Positions 10,530 through 20,716 of a DNA stretch of 64,000 nt are shown here, one piece after another. The notes under the pieces were generated by a model. The model did no database searches. It saw only the letters and a program-made list of their open reading frames with translations, and was not told where the DNA came from. The position numbers and the translations under genes are program-made. The number at the start of each line of letters is the position of its first letter. Within the stretch, counting starts at the first letter, position 1. Source of the stretch: Bdellovibrionales bacterium (GTDB taxonomy: Bacteria > Bdellovibrionota > Bdellovibrionia > Bdellovibrionales > UBA1609); contig JBFWQY010000022.1 in the NCBI GenBank assembly GCA_050249195.1, positions 18,720-82,719 of the forward strand, in the 5' to 3' direction.

Positions 10530-11077
10530 AATGAACCTTCCAGAGCCATCTTCATTCGACGACGCACGTCTTTCATTCGCGCGTGGGTTAAGGCCAACGA
10601 CAGAGCATCGGAAGCGTCAAGCGCGATCTCCCGCGGACGAATTCCAAGGAGATTGAATATTACCATTTGGACATGATCTTTGGAGGCGGATCCTGATCCC
10701 GTCATGCATTTTTTTACATAGCGGGCCGCGTACTCCTCCACCGCAACACCGTTCTGGGCGGCCACAAGAAGGCACACCCCGCGCGCGTGTCCCAACTTGA
10801 ATGCGCTATCCGCATTCTTGCCGAAGAAAACCTTTTCCACCGCCGCGGTGGTGACAGGGAAGCGCGTGAAGACCGTTTGAAGTTCCGTCTGCAAGTACTG
10901 CAGTCGTTCTGGAAGAGACCAGCCCTCCTTCATGCGAATCACCCCATGTTGGACATGTTCGGTCGCCTCACCATTTATGGCGATGACTCCGAAGCCGGCA
11001 CAACGGGTTCCGGGGTCTACCCCAATGATGTATTCTTTCAATGCGGACTTCGCCTCCCTGCGCCCCTTGCTCCCCAT
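10526..11077 (-). CDS. ruvC: Holliday junction resolvase RuvC
   Basis: IGVDPG...GFGVI, AVEKVFF.KN..SAFKLGHARG, DASDAL. Confidence 0.97.
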   Translation of the reverse strand: MGSKGRREAKSALKEYIIGVDPGTRCAGFGVIAINGEATEHVQHGVIRMKEGWSLPERLQYLQTELQTVFTRFPVTTAAVEKVFFGKNADSAFKLGHARGVCLLVAAQNGVAVEEYAARYVKKCMTGSGSASKDHVQMVIFNLLGIRPREIALDASDALSLALTHARMKDVRRRMKMALEGSL

Positions 11078-11102
11078 CGATTATGGTGGGAAGATAAAGG
11101 TG

Positions 11103-11897
11103 ATGCAAGATATCCAGCCGGAACTTATCGAGAAATATCAGATCCTGTTGCAAAAGGATCCCAAAAGCCAGGTCTTTGCACCGTTAGCGGAAGCCTACCG
11201 CAAAATGGGATTGATTGAGGAGGCCTTCCGCATCGCAGTTCGCGGCGTTCAGTTCAACCCGAACTTCGGCGGCGGACGCATAGCATTAGCAAAGGTTTTT
11301 TTGGATCGCGACAACGTTCGCGCCGCTCAGGATGAATTGGAAAAGGCGGTGGAGCTCGCGCCCGAAAATATTTTGGCGCACTCCCTTCTGGGAGATTGTT
11401 ATCTCAAAACGAAACGCCCAAAGGAGGCGCTACGTGCCTTTAAAATGGTCCTTTTTCTGGCTCCCAATAACGAGAAGGCCATCAAAGCTGTTGCCAAATT
11501 AGAGGCGCTTACGGCCGATGAATACGAAGAAGATCTCTTTGAGATGAAGCCCCTTCCGCAAGTGGATCAGCTGCAGACGGAAACCGTGACTCCGATTCAG
11601 CCGCTTCAGAGTCAAGGCGTCAGCTCGGATTTGGAGCGCGTCCTGTCGTTGGTCGACGCGTTTATCGTGCGCAATGATATCGAAAAGGCGGAGCGTTTGC
11701 TCAAAGAGAGTGAAGTGGCTTATGGCAAGCATCCGGAAGTGATCAAACGCATGAAGTTCGTACATCAACGCAGTGTGGACCGCGCCGAACCCATCAGCGC
11801 GCCTCCCCCAACCCGACACGATCTGGATGCCAAAATCCAGCTCCTTGAGGAACTCCTAGAGCGGGTGCGCGGGAATTCCCGGTTTACTTCGCGCTGA
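11103..11897 (+). CDS. Tetratricopeptide repeat protein
   Basis: DPKSQVFAPLAEAYRKMG and successive TPR-like helices; start at ATG 11103. Confidence 0.85.
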   Translation: MQDIQPELIEKYQILLQKDPKSQVFAPLAEAYRKMGLIEEAFRIAVRGVQFNPNFGGGRIALAKVFLDRDNVRAAQDELEKAVELAPENILAHSLLGDCYLKTKRPKEALRAFKMVLFLAPNNEKAIKAVAKLEALTADEYEEDLFEMKPLPQVDQLQTETVTPIQPLQSQGVSSDLERVLSLVDAFIVRNDIEKAERLLKESEVAYGKHPEVIKRMKFVHQRSVDRAEPISAPPPTRHDLDAKIQLLEELLERVRGNSRFTSR

Positions 11898-11939
11898 AGT
11901 TCCATTATTCCTTTTTGTTCTTCAACTGATGAGGTCCGA

Positions 11940-12506
11940 ATGTACGATCTGAGTGATTTTAAAAAGGGATTGAAAATTTTAATCGAGGGTGAACCTTACT
12001 CCGTTGTTGATTTTCAACATGTCAAGCCGGGCAAAGGCAACCAGTTTACGCGCACAAAACTCAAACATCTGATCAATGGCTCCAATCTCGAACGGACCTT
12101 CAAGTCCGGCGAAAGATTCGGTGTTCCCGACGTGGTTTTCCGCGATATGGACTATCTCTACAAAGATGAATCCGGATACACGTTCATGGACCAAAGCAAT
12201 TATGAACAGGTTTCCCTGGACGGCGATCTTTTAGGTGATGCCGCCGGTTTTTTGACGGAAAATCTTCAGGTGAAGGTTTGCTTTTTCAACGATCGCGCGG
12301 TTGGGGTGGAACTTCCTAAGTCTGTAAACCTGAAGGTGACACAGACGGATCCTGGCTTCAAAGGCAATACGGTAACCAACACCTACAAGCCCGCCACTAT
12401 GGAAACCGGAATGGTCGTGCAGGTGCCTCTCCACATCAAAGAAGGTGATGTGCTCAAGGTAAATACGGTTGACGGGACCTTCGTCGAACGCGTTAACCTC
12501 AAGTAG
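11940..12506 (+). CDS. efp: Elongation factor P
   Basis: HVKPGKG, PGFKGNT, KPATMETG..VQVPL.I.EG. Confidence 0.97.
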   Translation: MYDLSDFKKGLKILIEGEPYSVVDFQHVKPGKGNQFTRTKLKHLINGSNLERTFKSGERFGVPDVVFRDMDYLYKDESGYTFMDQSNYEQVSLDGDLLGDAAGFLTENLQVKVCFFNDRAVGVELPKSVNLKVTQTDPGFKGNTVTNTYKPATMETGMVVQVPLHIKEGDVLKVNTVDGTFVERVNLK

Positions 12507-12539
12507 AGTCCTTAGTAGAGTCCTTCTTTGCGCACCAGG

Positions 12540-12561
12540 TCAGGCCTCGCGACGGGCCTGA
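12540..12561 (+). terminator. Hairpin downstream of efp
   Basis: TCAGGCC-tcgcgacg-GGCCTGA inverted repeat. Confidence 0.45.
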
Positions 12562-12605
12562 TTCCCTATGAAAATCAATACTGGGACGCGTCTTAGGGGA
12601 TCCAT

Positions 12606-13661
12606 TTGGACAGCATCAATGAGATGGAGCTGCGCAAGCTGCTCAAAAAGAAAACGGCTTCGCACGAGCTCATGGCGCGCGTGGTGCGACGGATTCTGGA
12701 TCCGCGCATGTCATGGGATGAGCAGCGGTCGCTGTGGTTTTTTCTTTATCATACAGGGCACCTGCAGACCTTGGCTCACGCTTTGATTCAAGCGCTGCAA
12801 GGCAAACTTCGTGTCCCGCTGGACCTGTATTTGGAAATCTGCACGGAGGTTCACCTGAAACCTTCACGGCTGCACACGGCGGCCCTGATGAAGGGTATGA
12901 GAAAGCAGGCGGCCTCGGACGAGATCTTGGTTTCGCGCGGATGGGACCGCTTTGATCCTCGTCTCAAGCAAATGCGTGAAGAGCTGTTGGGTCGCAAGAT
13001 TGAGGAGCAGCGCCGGTTTAAGGACGATATGATGGAGAAATTTGAGTTCCTGCAGGCTCAGCGTATGAATGAACAGGCCGGACGCCTGCTGCGCCGGATG
13101 ATTGAGATCTTTCCGGAAGATGAGAAGCTGCAACAACTCAAAGGCGATCTCGAGGAGCAGTGGGCTCGAGAGGTCCTCGCCAACCATGCGGCCCGAATGT
13201 CCAGCGAACGCCTTGAGCGGACACGCACCGCGCCCAGTTCCGCTGATGAAGTGATGTTGAAGTGCTTTCTTACGCAAGGAGAAGCCATTTGTCTGGAGCA
13301 CCGCCAATTCGCCTCCGATCTGGCTGTGGCTTTCTTGTTCATGGAGGATTACAATCGAGCCCTTGAGATTCTGGCCTGGGCTCCCCTGAATGCGGCAACC
13401 GATTGGATGCGCGTGGAGTTGCTTTTTGCAGCCAGACGATTTGTTGAGGCTTTGGACGTGCTGAATCATCTCGAAATCAAATACATTTCCGATCCGGAGA
13501 GCACCTTTGCGGTCTCCTATCTCCGAGCTCAGTGCCTTCATGCCTTGGGACAAGACGCTTCCGCCCTGGAGATTATGCAAAGTATTGTGCGCGCTCGTCC
13601 CACCTACCGCTCCGCGCACGCCCTTATTCTGGAGTGGACGCAGGGAGTGTCGTGGGACTGA
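12606..13661 (+). CDS. TPR-containing hypothetical protein
   Basis: Helical repeats in the C-terminal half (DLAVAFLFMEDYNRALE; SYLRAQCLHALG..ALE...PTYRSA). Confidence 0.75.
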   Translation: MDSINEMELRKLLKKKTASHELMARVVRRILDPRMSWDEQRSLWFFLYHTGHLQTLAHALIQALQGKLRVPLDLYLEICTEVHLKPSRLHTAALMKGMRKQAASDEILVSRGWDRFDPRLKQMREELLGRKIEEQRRFKDDMMEKFEFLQAQRMNEQAGRLLRRMIEIFPEDEKLQQLKGDLEEQWAREVLANHAARMSSERLERTRTAPSSADEVMLKCFLTQGEAICLEHRQFASDLAVAFLFMEDYNRALEILAWAPLNAATDWMRVELLFAARRFVEALDVLNHLEIKYISDPESTFAVSYLRAQCLHALGQDASALEIMQSIVRARPTYRSAHALILEWTQGVSWD

Positions 13662-16600
13662 ATCGACGCACGCTGATTCAATTCAGCCTTTTTGCGGCAT
13701 TCAGCTGCTTACTCGGGTTCAGTTACTCCTACCACTTGCCACGTCTGGAAACATTCCTGCTTGTGGAGTTGGAAAAGATCAGCCAAACGCATTTACCCGT
13801 CCGCATCTGGGCCCGGAAGCTGAATTTCCATCTGTTCCCGCTGGGAATCGTTCTCGAGGATGTGCGTCTTCTCCCTAAGAAACCACTGGACCGTTACTTG
13901 GCGCCGACGCGTCTCAAGGAGATCGGCGCCCGGGTCGCCGTTTGGCCCTTGCTGAGAGGTGATGTGCGCCTGAGCCAAATCTTTGTGCGTGATTCCCAGG
14001 TCAACGTGTTCCTGCGTCCTGAGCTGTTTGAAAAGAGCGACGAGTCTGCTTTGAAAGTCGATTTTGATCAGATCTACAATTTGCCAATCAACGAGCTGTT
14101 GTTTGAAAATGTGGTTATTCAGGGACGAGTGGAACCACAAAATGTATTCTTCCGCGCGTCCGATGTGAACCTCCTAGTGGAAAATCGTTATCGATCCCTG
14201 TTTATCGATCTCGAGGCCCCAAAGACCATCGTCAAGCCAAGCGGCCCCATTGATCCTCTGAATGTCCAGATCGAATTGCGCACACTCCTCGAAGCCGAAG
14301 AGATGCAGATTTCGGCACTCAAGATCCGCGCGGACGAAAGCTTTCTTGTCGCCAGTGGACGGTGCAATGGGGACCTGAGCGTGGGGCGGGTGGACAACGG
14401 GGCCTTCGATGCACGCGCGAAAATCCAGCTTCCCGACCTCAATCTTTGGGAGAGCATCTTTGCGTCCAGCCCACGCCTCCCCCCTCTTCAGGGTCAAACC
14501 GAATTCGATATCGGACTTGAGATCCGCAACGGGCAAGCCGTCCGGGTGGAAACAGATCTCAACGCCCAGGATCTCCACGTGGATCGTTTTACGATTGGGG
14601 CGGTTCAAGGGCGGTTCAACTCGGATCTCAAGAGCCTCCACACGGATAAGGTGCGCTGGCGCAACCAGGCCGGAGAGATTCAGTTCCGTGACCTCAAAGT
14701 CGAGTTTTCTCCTCATCCCAGCTTTACAACAGGCGTGAACATGAATGAGGTGGACCTGCACTCGTTTTTAGCCAACCTCAATGTGAATCGCGTTCCAGTG
14801 GAACTGCCCGTTTCAGGAGACGCCACATGCAAAGGGGCATGGGGAGAGAACCCAGAGGCGCATTGCCAGGCGACGATTCAAGCTCCTCGATTACGCGTCC
14901 ATACCGATCCCGAGAACAAAACAATTGTGGCGACGGAGCGCCTCAAGGCCCGCGGTGACGTGCGCGTGACGGCAACGAGTGTGGATTACCGAGCTGAACT
15001 CGAGATCGGAGCTCGTTCTCGGGGCCGCTCTCAAGGCGTGATCTCCTATCAGAAAGGATTCCAGATCCAGTATGAGGGCGATGAGGTCCATTTCACAGAT
15101 GTGAAAGACCTTGCTGGATTGAAGTTCGAGGGTGGCCTTCAAGTCAAAGGGCGCACGGACGGAACTTCAAAATGGGCAACCCTTGAGATGAACGTGGCCG
15201 CCAAAAACCTGTGGCTTGAGGATTATCCCCTTGGACAACTCACGAGCAAAGTGCGCTACAAGAGCGGACATTTGTTTTTTGACAGCGCCCAGGGACAATA
15301 CGAGGTGACCCGTTACAACGGGAATTTGGACGTCGACCTTCGTGAAGATCGTATGAAACTCGCGTTGCAAATCCCCTTTGTGGATCTGCGGGACATTCAA
15401 TCGCTGTTCCAACGCAAGATCACTCTGCCTTTCCAGATCGCTGGAACCGGCACGGGCCAGATCGAGGCCGAAGGTCCCTTCAACTTCCGCCGTTTGAGCT
15501 ATGTTGTGCGCTCCAAGTTCTTCCGTGGTCAAATTGCCGAGGAGAGTTTTGACGAACTCACCTTTAACGTGAAGTCCACGGATGGGATGGTGCAAAGCGA
15601 ACGCATTTTCCTGACCAAAGCCAGCGGTGTGATGGAGGCGAAAGGCCAGGTGAATCCGGCGGGTGACGTGGATGCCGTGGTTGTGGCACGGGGCTTGCGA
15701 TTGGAACAGTCGGAAAATGTGCTGGCGCTGGGATTTGATTTGCAGGGCCAAGCTGATTTTACGTTGCTCATCCGCGGTGCGCTTCCGCGCCCACGTGTGG
15801 AACTCAATGGCCGCCTTTCACGTGTCGTGCTTGGAGATCAACCCGCAGATGATTCCGTCTTCAAACTGAACTTTCTATCCGACCGTATGGAAGGCTCGGG
15901 CCAGTTTCTTGGGACAACTCTAGTCAGTGAATTTACTTTCCCCTACACAGGGGAAGCTCCTTTTCTATTCAAACTCAAGACGCATCAGTGGGATTTCACG
16001 AATATCTTTTCGCTTGTTTCACAATCGGCCCGCCAGCTGGATTTTACAACTTCGGTCAGCATGGACGTGAATATCCAATCCCCCACGGGAGGATTTTGGA
16101 ATTCGAGCGGGCAGGTTCAGGTCAATCAGTTCGTGATACGAAAGGGCGCGCGCAGTATGAGCGCCAGCAAGCCCATGTATCTCTCATTTCGCGAAGGAGT
16201 GATAAATTCGAATGGATTCGCAATCGGTTCAGGCGACAGCTATCTCAAACTGGACGTGGTCAACCTCCGCCGCGATGCTCTTAACGCCTCGCTGAACGGT
16301 AAATTGGATTTAAGCCTCCTGGGGTTGTTTACTCCCTTTATCTCCGATCTCCGTGGGGCGATGTCGATCTCGATGGATCTTGGCGGTCGCTTTCCAAATC
16401 CCAACCTGAGTGGCTCGGCTTACGTGGACAAAGGCTACGCCAAATTCGTGGATTTTCAGCATCCTTTCTCCAATGTACGAGCGGATCTCCTGTTTAATGA
16501 TAATCAGATCTTGCTAAACGCCGTGCGCGGGGACCTGGGCGGAGGAAAATTTTCCGGCCAGGGACGAATTACATTCGCGGGCCAGAACACTCATCCCGTG

Positions 16601-17638
16601 GACGTGCGAGGCACCGTCACGGATGTGAAGCTGAACATTCCCGAGGGGTTTCGCACGCGCGGTTCGGGCTCGGTTGCCATCTCAGGGGAACGTTTCCCTT
16701 ACACCATGAACATCCAATATGACGTCTCGGGCGGCGAGGTCGTGTATGAATTCGGCGGAAGCGACTCCGACAGCTCCAACGTGAAGGCCAGCATCTACCT
16801 ACCGCAGTTTCTCTACCGGGATGCGTTCCACCCCTTCACGTTTGACGTGAAGGTGAATCTCCTCAATCCGGTTCTGATCAACAACGCGCTCGTGCATTCG
16901 CCCGTTTCCGGCAAGCTCAGCGCCACGGGCACTCCCGATCGGCTCTTGCTCGATGGCACACTGACTCCGCAGCCGGGCGGGAAAGTGTTTTTTCATGACG
17001 TGCCGTTTGAAATCGCCACCGCGTTTGTCGACTATAATCGTTCCCCACCCAACGCGCCAAAGATTTACCTAACCGCCAATACGCGTGTGTCCGAGAGTGT
17101 GCAGGACGACCAGGGGCGCGTGACCGAACACCACTATGACGTGAATCTCTTGGTTCAAGGGCGCGGACCCAATCCCCAAATCATTCTTTCTTCACAGCCC
17201 CCTTTGAGCCAGCGCGAGTTGGTCTCACTCCTCGCGCTCGGAGTGACTCCTAGCGGCCTGGATGAAGGACGTTCTTCGGAATTCCAGGCGGCCAATACAT
17301 CCACGGCCCTCGGCGCAGCCCTCCTCCAAAAGGCGGGAAGTCGGCGTCTGAAAGACTCCATCGGTTTGGACGTGAAGGTGACGTCCTCGCAACCGACGCC
17401 TGAGACCGCCTCCACTCCCAAGGTGACCCTCTCCAAGCAATGGACGCCGAAATTCGGGGCCTCCGCTTCGAGCACCCTCCAGGCGAACCCGTCGAACAAC
17501 GTCAAAGTGGAATACAAGATGAATAAAAATATCTCCGTAATCGGGTCCTGGGACGGCCGTGAATACACGCCGGAGACAAAAGATACGAATCAGAACGTCT
17601 TCGGCCTGGATCTGGAGTACAAGGTCCAGTTTAAATAG
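13652..17638 (+). CDS. TamB/AsmA-family translocation and assembly module protein
   Basis: N-terminal TM anchor, long beta-rich repeats, C-terminal LSSQPPLSQRELVSLLALG and GLDLEYKVQF (DUF490-like). Start taken at GTG 13652 after AGGGAG. Confidence 0.88.
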   Translation: MGLNRRTLIQFSLFAAFSCLLGFSYSYHLPRLETFLLVELEKISQTHLPVRIWARKLNFHLFPLGIVLEDVRLLPKKPLDRYLAPTRLKEIGARVAVWPLLRGDVRLSQIFVRDSQVNVFLRPELFEKSDESALKVDFDQIYNLPINELLFENVVIQGRVEPQNVFFRASDVNLLVENRYRSLFIDLEAPKTIVKPSGPIDPLNVQIELRTLLEAEEMQISALKIRADESFLVASGRCNGDLSVGRVDNGAFDARAKIQLPDLNLWESIFASSPRLPPLQGQTEFDIGLEIRNGQAVRVETDLNAQDLHVDRFTIGAVQGRFNSDLKSLHTDKVRWRNQAGEIQFRDLKVEFSPHPSFTTGVNMNEVDLHSFLANLNVNRVPVELPVSGDATCKGAWGENPEAHCQATIQAPRLRVHTDPENKTIVATERLKARGDVRVTATSVDYRAELEIGARSRGRSQGVISYQKGFQIQYEGDEVHFTDVKDLAGLKFEGGLQVKGRTDGTSKWATLEMNVAAKNLWLEDYPLGQLTSKVRYKSGHLFFDSAQGQYEVTRYNGNLDVDLREDRMKLALQIPFVDLRDIQSLFQRKITLPFQIAGTGTGQIEAEGPFNFRRLSYVVRSKFFRGQIAEESFDELTFNVKSTDGMVQSERIFLTKASGVMEAKGQVNPAGDVDAVVVARGLRLEQSENVLALGFDLQGQADFTLLIRGALPRPRVELNGRLSRVVLGDQPADDSVFKLNFLSDRMEGSGQFLGTTLVSEFTFPYTGEAPFLFKLKTHQWDFTNIFSLVSQSARQLDFTTSVSMDVNIQSPTGGFWNSSGQVQVNQFVIRKGARSMSASKPMYLSFREGVINSNGFAIGSGDSYLKLDVVNLRRDALNASLNGKLDLSLLGLFTPFISDLRGAMSISMDLGGRFPNPNLSGSAYVDKGYAKFVDFQHPFSNVRADLLFNDNQILLNAVRGDLGGGKFSGQGRITFAGQNTHPVDVRGTVTDVKLNIPEGFRTRGSGSVAISGERFPYTMNIQYDVSGGEVVYEFGGSDSDSSNVKASIYLPQFLYRDAFHPFTFDVKVNLLNPVLINNALVHSPVSGKLSATGTPDRLLLDGTLTPQPGGKVFFHDVPFEIATAFVDYNRSPPNAPKIYLTANTRVSESVQDDQGRVTEHHYDVNLLVQGRGPNPQIILSSQPPLSQRELVSLLALGVTPSGLDEGRSSEFQAANTSTALGAALLQKAGSRRLKDSIGLDVKVTSSQPTPETASTPKVTLSKQWTPKFGASASSTLQANPSNNVKVEYKMNKNISVIGSWDGREYTPETKDTNQNVFGLDLEYKVQFK

Positions 17639-17645
17639 AGGTTTG

Positions 17646-20498
17646 ATGAGAGTGCGTTTAAAACCATTACTGGCATTCCTGCTTCTGTTCGCAGCGGCGG
17701 AGCAAGCTTTTGCCGCTGGCGTTTCCTTGCGCGAGCTCAACGCCAAAGATGAGGACCTGCTGCGCAAGCGGTTGCCAGGGTTGTCCAGCGGCAATCCCGA
17801 TTTGAGCACTCTCGATGAAGCCATCCGATTGCTTATGGACCAGGGGCGCTATGAGAACGTCTATGTGGATCGCAAGCAGAACGGTTCTTATGAAGTCATC
17901 GGTCGCCCATTGAGAGTCGTGGAAACGATCCAATTCGTCGGCGCCGATGAAGTCGAGGAAAGTCAGCTGCGCGACCTGCTGGAGTTCAAGATCGGCGAGC
18001 GCTTCGACCGCAAGAAGGCGGTCGCCGCCGGCGAACGAATGAAGAACTTTTACGGCGAAAGCGGCTATTTCAACACCATTATCGAGGTCAGCTTCCATAA
18101 AACAGAATCTAATAACATCAAGCTTCTATACGAAATCCAGGAGAAAGTGCCTTGCACGATTGTCTCGCTCACCTTTGCAACGGGAAACACCGACCTCAAG
18201 GCTAAACTTGATCGCCGGTTCAGCCATTTAGTGAACAAACCCCTGACCACCGAACGCGTGCGCCAGCTGATGAACGATCTCAATGAATTTTTGATCAGCA
18301 ACCGATATCTCGCGGCCGAAGTCATAGGTCCTGAGGCGAGCTACAATGAGGACAAGACGAAGTCCTTTCTGAAATTCGAGATTGAGAACCCGTACCGTTA
18401 TGAGTTTTATTTTTCCGGTTACAAGTTTGAGACTCTGACCGGCATTTACCGCGCCATGGATCTTAAGGACAAGGAACGGAAGAACGTCGAACCTCCCGGT
18501 GAAGGGGCTGAGCGCCTGCGGCGCCATTATCTGGCCGAGGGCTTCCCGCACGTGGAGGTGGAGACGAAAGTGGTCAACCCCAAGGGTACCTATCTGAACC
18601 GTGTTTACTATACGATTCACGAAGGTCCCCGTGTTAAAATTCAGAAGATTGAAGTTCAGGGACGGATCTCGCGGCGGTCTGAATACTACGAGGAATTTAT
18701 TCTTGAGAACAGCTCGAGTTTGGTGGAACGCCGGTCCTACAATCGCCAAGACCTTGAAAACGGGTTCAAGAATTTGACGACCGAGCTGCGCAATCAAGGA
18801 TTTTTGCGCGCGCGTGTGCTGTCATCACGTGTGGAATACAACGACGCCCGCGACAAAGTGACGGTCATTGTTTTGCTCGAGGAGGGACCACAAACCCAAA
18901 TCCGCGCTCTTGATTTCGAGGGCAACCGCTTCTTCTCAAGCTTTGATCTGGCACGAGTAACAGGGTTACAGACCAATACAGCGCTCCGGCTCTCCGCATT
19001 CGAGGCCAGCATCGAGAAACTCAAGCAATTTTACCGGAGTCAGGGCTTTCTTGAAATGAGGTTGCTGAACGAGGGTGAAGATCTGATTCAATACAACGAT
19101 AAGGGCACCCAAGCCCGAATCGCGTTCCGGATCTTTGAAGGTCCGCGCATCCGGGTGAATTCCATTGTCGTCGAGGGGAATAACTTTACCAAGTCTCGAG
19201 TGATTCTCAAGGAAGCCGATTTCGAGGTGGGGGAAGTGCTCACGCCTAAAAAAATCGAAGACGCGACCGCGCGCCTGAATAAACTGGGTCTGTTTTCGCG
19301 CGTGGATATCCGCACTCTCGAGGAGGGCACCAACGTTTCTGCGCGGACCCTCGTGATCTCGGTGAGCGAACGCGATCCCGGAATCTTCCGCTTCGGCGTG
19401 GGCGTCAACAACGAACGCAACCTGACGGTTCGCGGGTTCACCGGGCTCAGCCATAGCAATATTGCGGGCACCGCGCGTGCCGTAAGCGGTCGCGTCGAGG
19501 TGAAGTCCAATGTGGCCGAAATTAATTATCTCGAGCATGAAATCGCGGCCGGCTATCTTGAGCCCTTCTTATTCAATACGCGCACCCGCGGGCGCGTCAA
19601 CATCACACGCTCTGAACATGTCTTCGACTATGAAACGAAGGATGAGTACACCGCGATCACGGCGAGTAACCGGATTGACTTCTTGGCGGAGCGGGATCTC
19701 ACAACTCATACCAAGTTGACATGGAAAATATGGGGCCTCGAATCTCGGCGCGAGTTTGAACGCTACGGACGCTGTCTTCCGCCGGATCCCGAGCCGGGGC
19801 AGCCCGCCGCGGACTTCGACCCGAATCAATATTGTCCGCCCACAACGCAACAGATCGCCACCATCGGTCCAACGCTCCTTCTGGACTACAGTGACAATCC
19901 CTTTCTACCCACCCGCGGCTCCATCACCCGGCTCACCGTCGACTACTCTCACCCGGATTTTGGCAGTTCAAGTCTGATCGAATTCGTGCGGACCGAGGGG
20001 AGTTATTCCTACTACCATCGCCTGGGATCGCCCCGGCTTGTGTGGGCCAACTCAGTGCGAGGAGGCTACGTCTCCAATCTGAGCGGGCGTGAGAACAGCG
20101 GCGTTCCGACCAGTTATGCCTTCCTCTTAGGAGGCATCTATACAGTTCGAGGATTCGACCTTGCGAGTGAAAATGAACGCATTCCGAAGGAAGGCGATGA
20201 CGACTTCGTGGTCAATCGGGGCAACCAGCTTCTGATTCCCAAAGATTCTCATTATTACCTTTTCAAATCCGAACTCCGCTTTCCGATTTCAGGAGATCAC
20301 GGCGGTGTGCTCTTCTACGATGGCGGCGGCGTTCGGGTTACCGGCTTCCATTTTAAACACTCCTACCGGGACGCGGCCGGCGTCGGGTATCGCTACAATA
20401 CGCCGGTGGGACCGCTCGCGCTGGATCTCGCCTTCAAGCTTCATCCACTCCCGAACGAAAAGGAGTTCCGGCTGCACTTGTCCATTGGAACGTTTTAG
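17646..20498 (+). CDS. BamA/TamA (Omp85) family outer-membrane assembly protein with multiple POTRA domains
   Basis: Signal peptide, repeated I.F.GN / EGP..I POTRA motifs, GG..TVRGF, GVGYRYNTPVGPL, terminal Phe. Confidence 0.92.
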   Translation: MRVRLKPLLAFLLLFAAAEQAFAAGVSLRELNAKDEDLLRKRLPGLSSGNPDLSTLDEAIRLLMDQGRYENVYVDRKQNGSYEVIGRPLRVVETIQFVGADEVEESQLRDLLEFKIGERFDRKKAVAAGERMKNFYGESGYFNTIIEVSFHKTESNNIKLLYEIQEKVPCTIVSLTFATGNTDLKAKLDRRFSHLVNKPLTTERVRQLMNDLNEFLISNRYLAAEVIGPEASYNEDKTKSFLKFEIENPYRYEFYFSGYKFETLTGIYRAMDLKDKERKNVEPPGEGAERLRRHYLAEGFPHVEVETKVVNPKGTYLNRVYYTIHEGPRVKIQKIEVQGRISRRSEYYEEFILENSSSLVERRSYNRQDLENGFKNLTTELRNQGFLRARVLSSRVEYNDARDKVTVIVLLEEGPQTQIRALDFEGNRFFSSFDLARVTGLQTNTALRLSAFEASIEKLKQFYRSQGFLEMRLLNEGEDLIQYNDKGTQARIAFRIFEGPRIRVNSIVVEGNNFTKSRVILKEADFEVGEVLTPKKIEDATARLNKLGLFSRVDIRTLEEGTNVSARTLVISVSERDPGIFRFGVGVNNERNLTVRGFTGLSHSNIAGTARAVSGRVEVKSNVAEINYLEHEIAAGYLEPFLFNTRTRGRVNITRSEHVFDYETKDEYTAITASNRIDFLAERDLTTHTKLTWKIWGLESRREFERYGRCLPPDPEPGQPAADFDPNQYCPPTTQQIATIGPTLLLDYSDNPFLPTRGSITRLTVDYSHPDFGSSSLIEFVRTEGSYSYYHRLGSPRLVWANSVRGGYVSNLSGRENSGVPTSYAFLLGGIYTVRGFDLASENERIPKEGDDDFVVNRGNQLLIPKDSHYYLFKSELRFPISGDHGGVLFYDGGGVRVTGFHFKHSYRDAAGVGYRYNTPVGPLALDLAFKLHPLPNEKEFRLHLSIGTF

Positions 20499-20716
20499 CG
20501 GGACATGAGCATTTGAACCATCTCTCAAGATCTACGATGCGGGTGTAGTACGAACGCCCCGAACGGATGCCGACGATCAGCCGCTGACTGGCTCTCTAAC
20601 CTTTGGCCGAATTTCCACTACGCTTAGACATTTCGCGAGGAAAGAGCGGCATCCCTTATTACTATGGAGAGACAGGTGCCAGGATGGCACTCGACTCACA
20701 TCTAGGAGGGATCCTC

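Noticed and set aside
10932-11102. Upstream extension of the TPR ORF
   Set aside because: It overlaps ruvC on the opposite strand.
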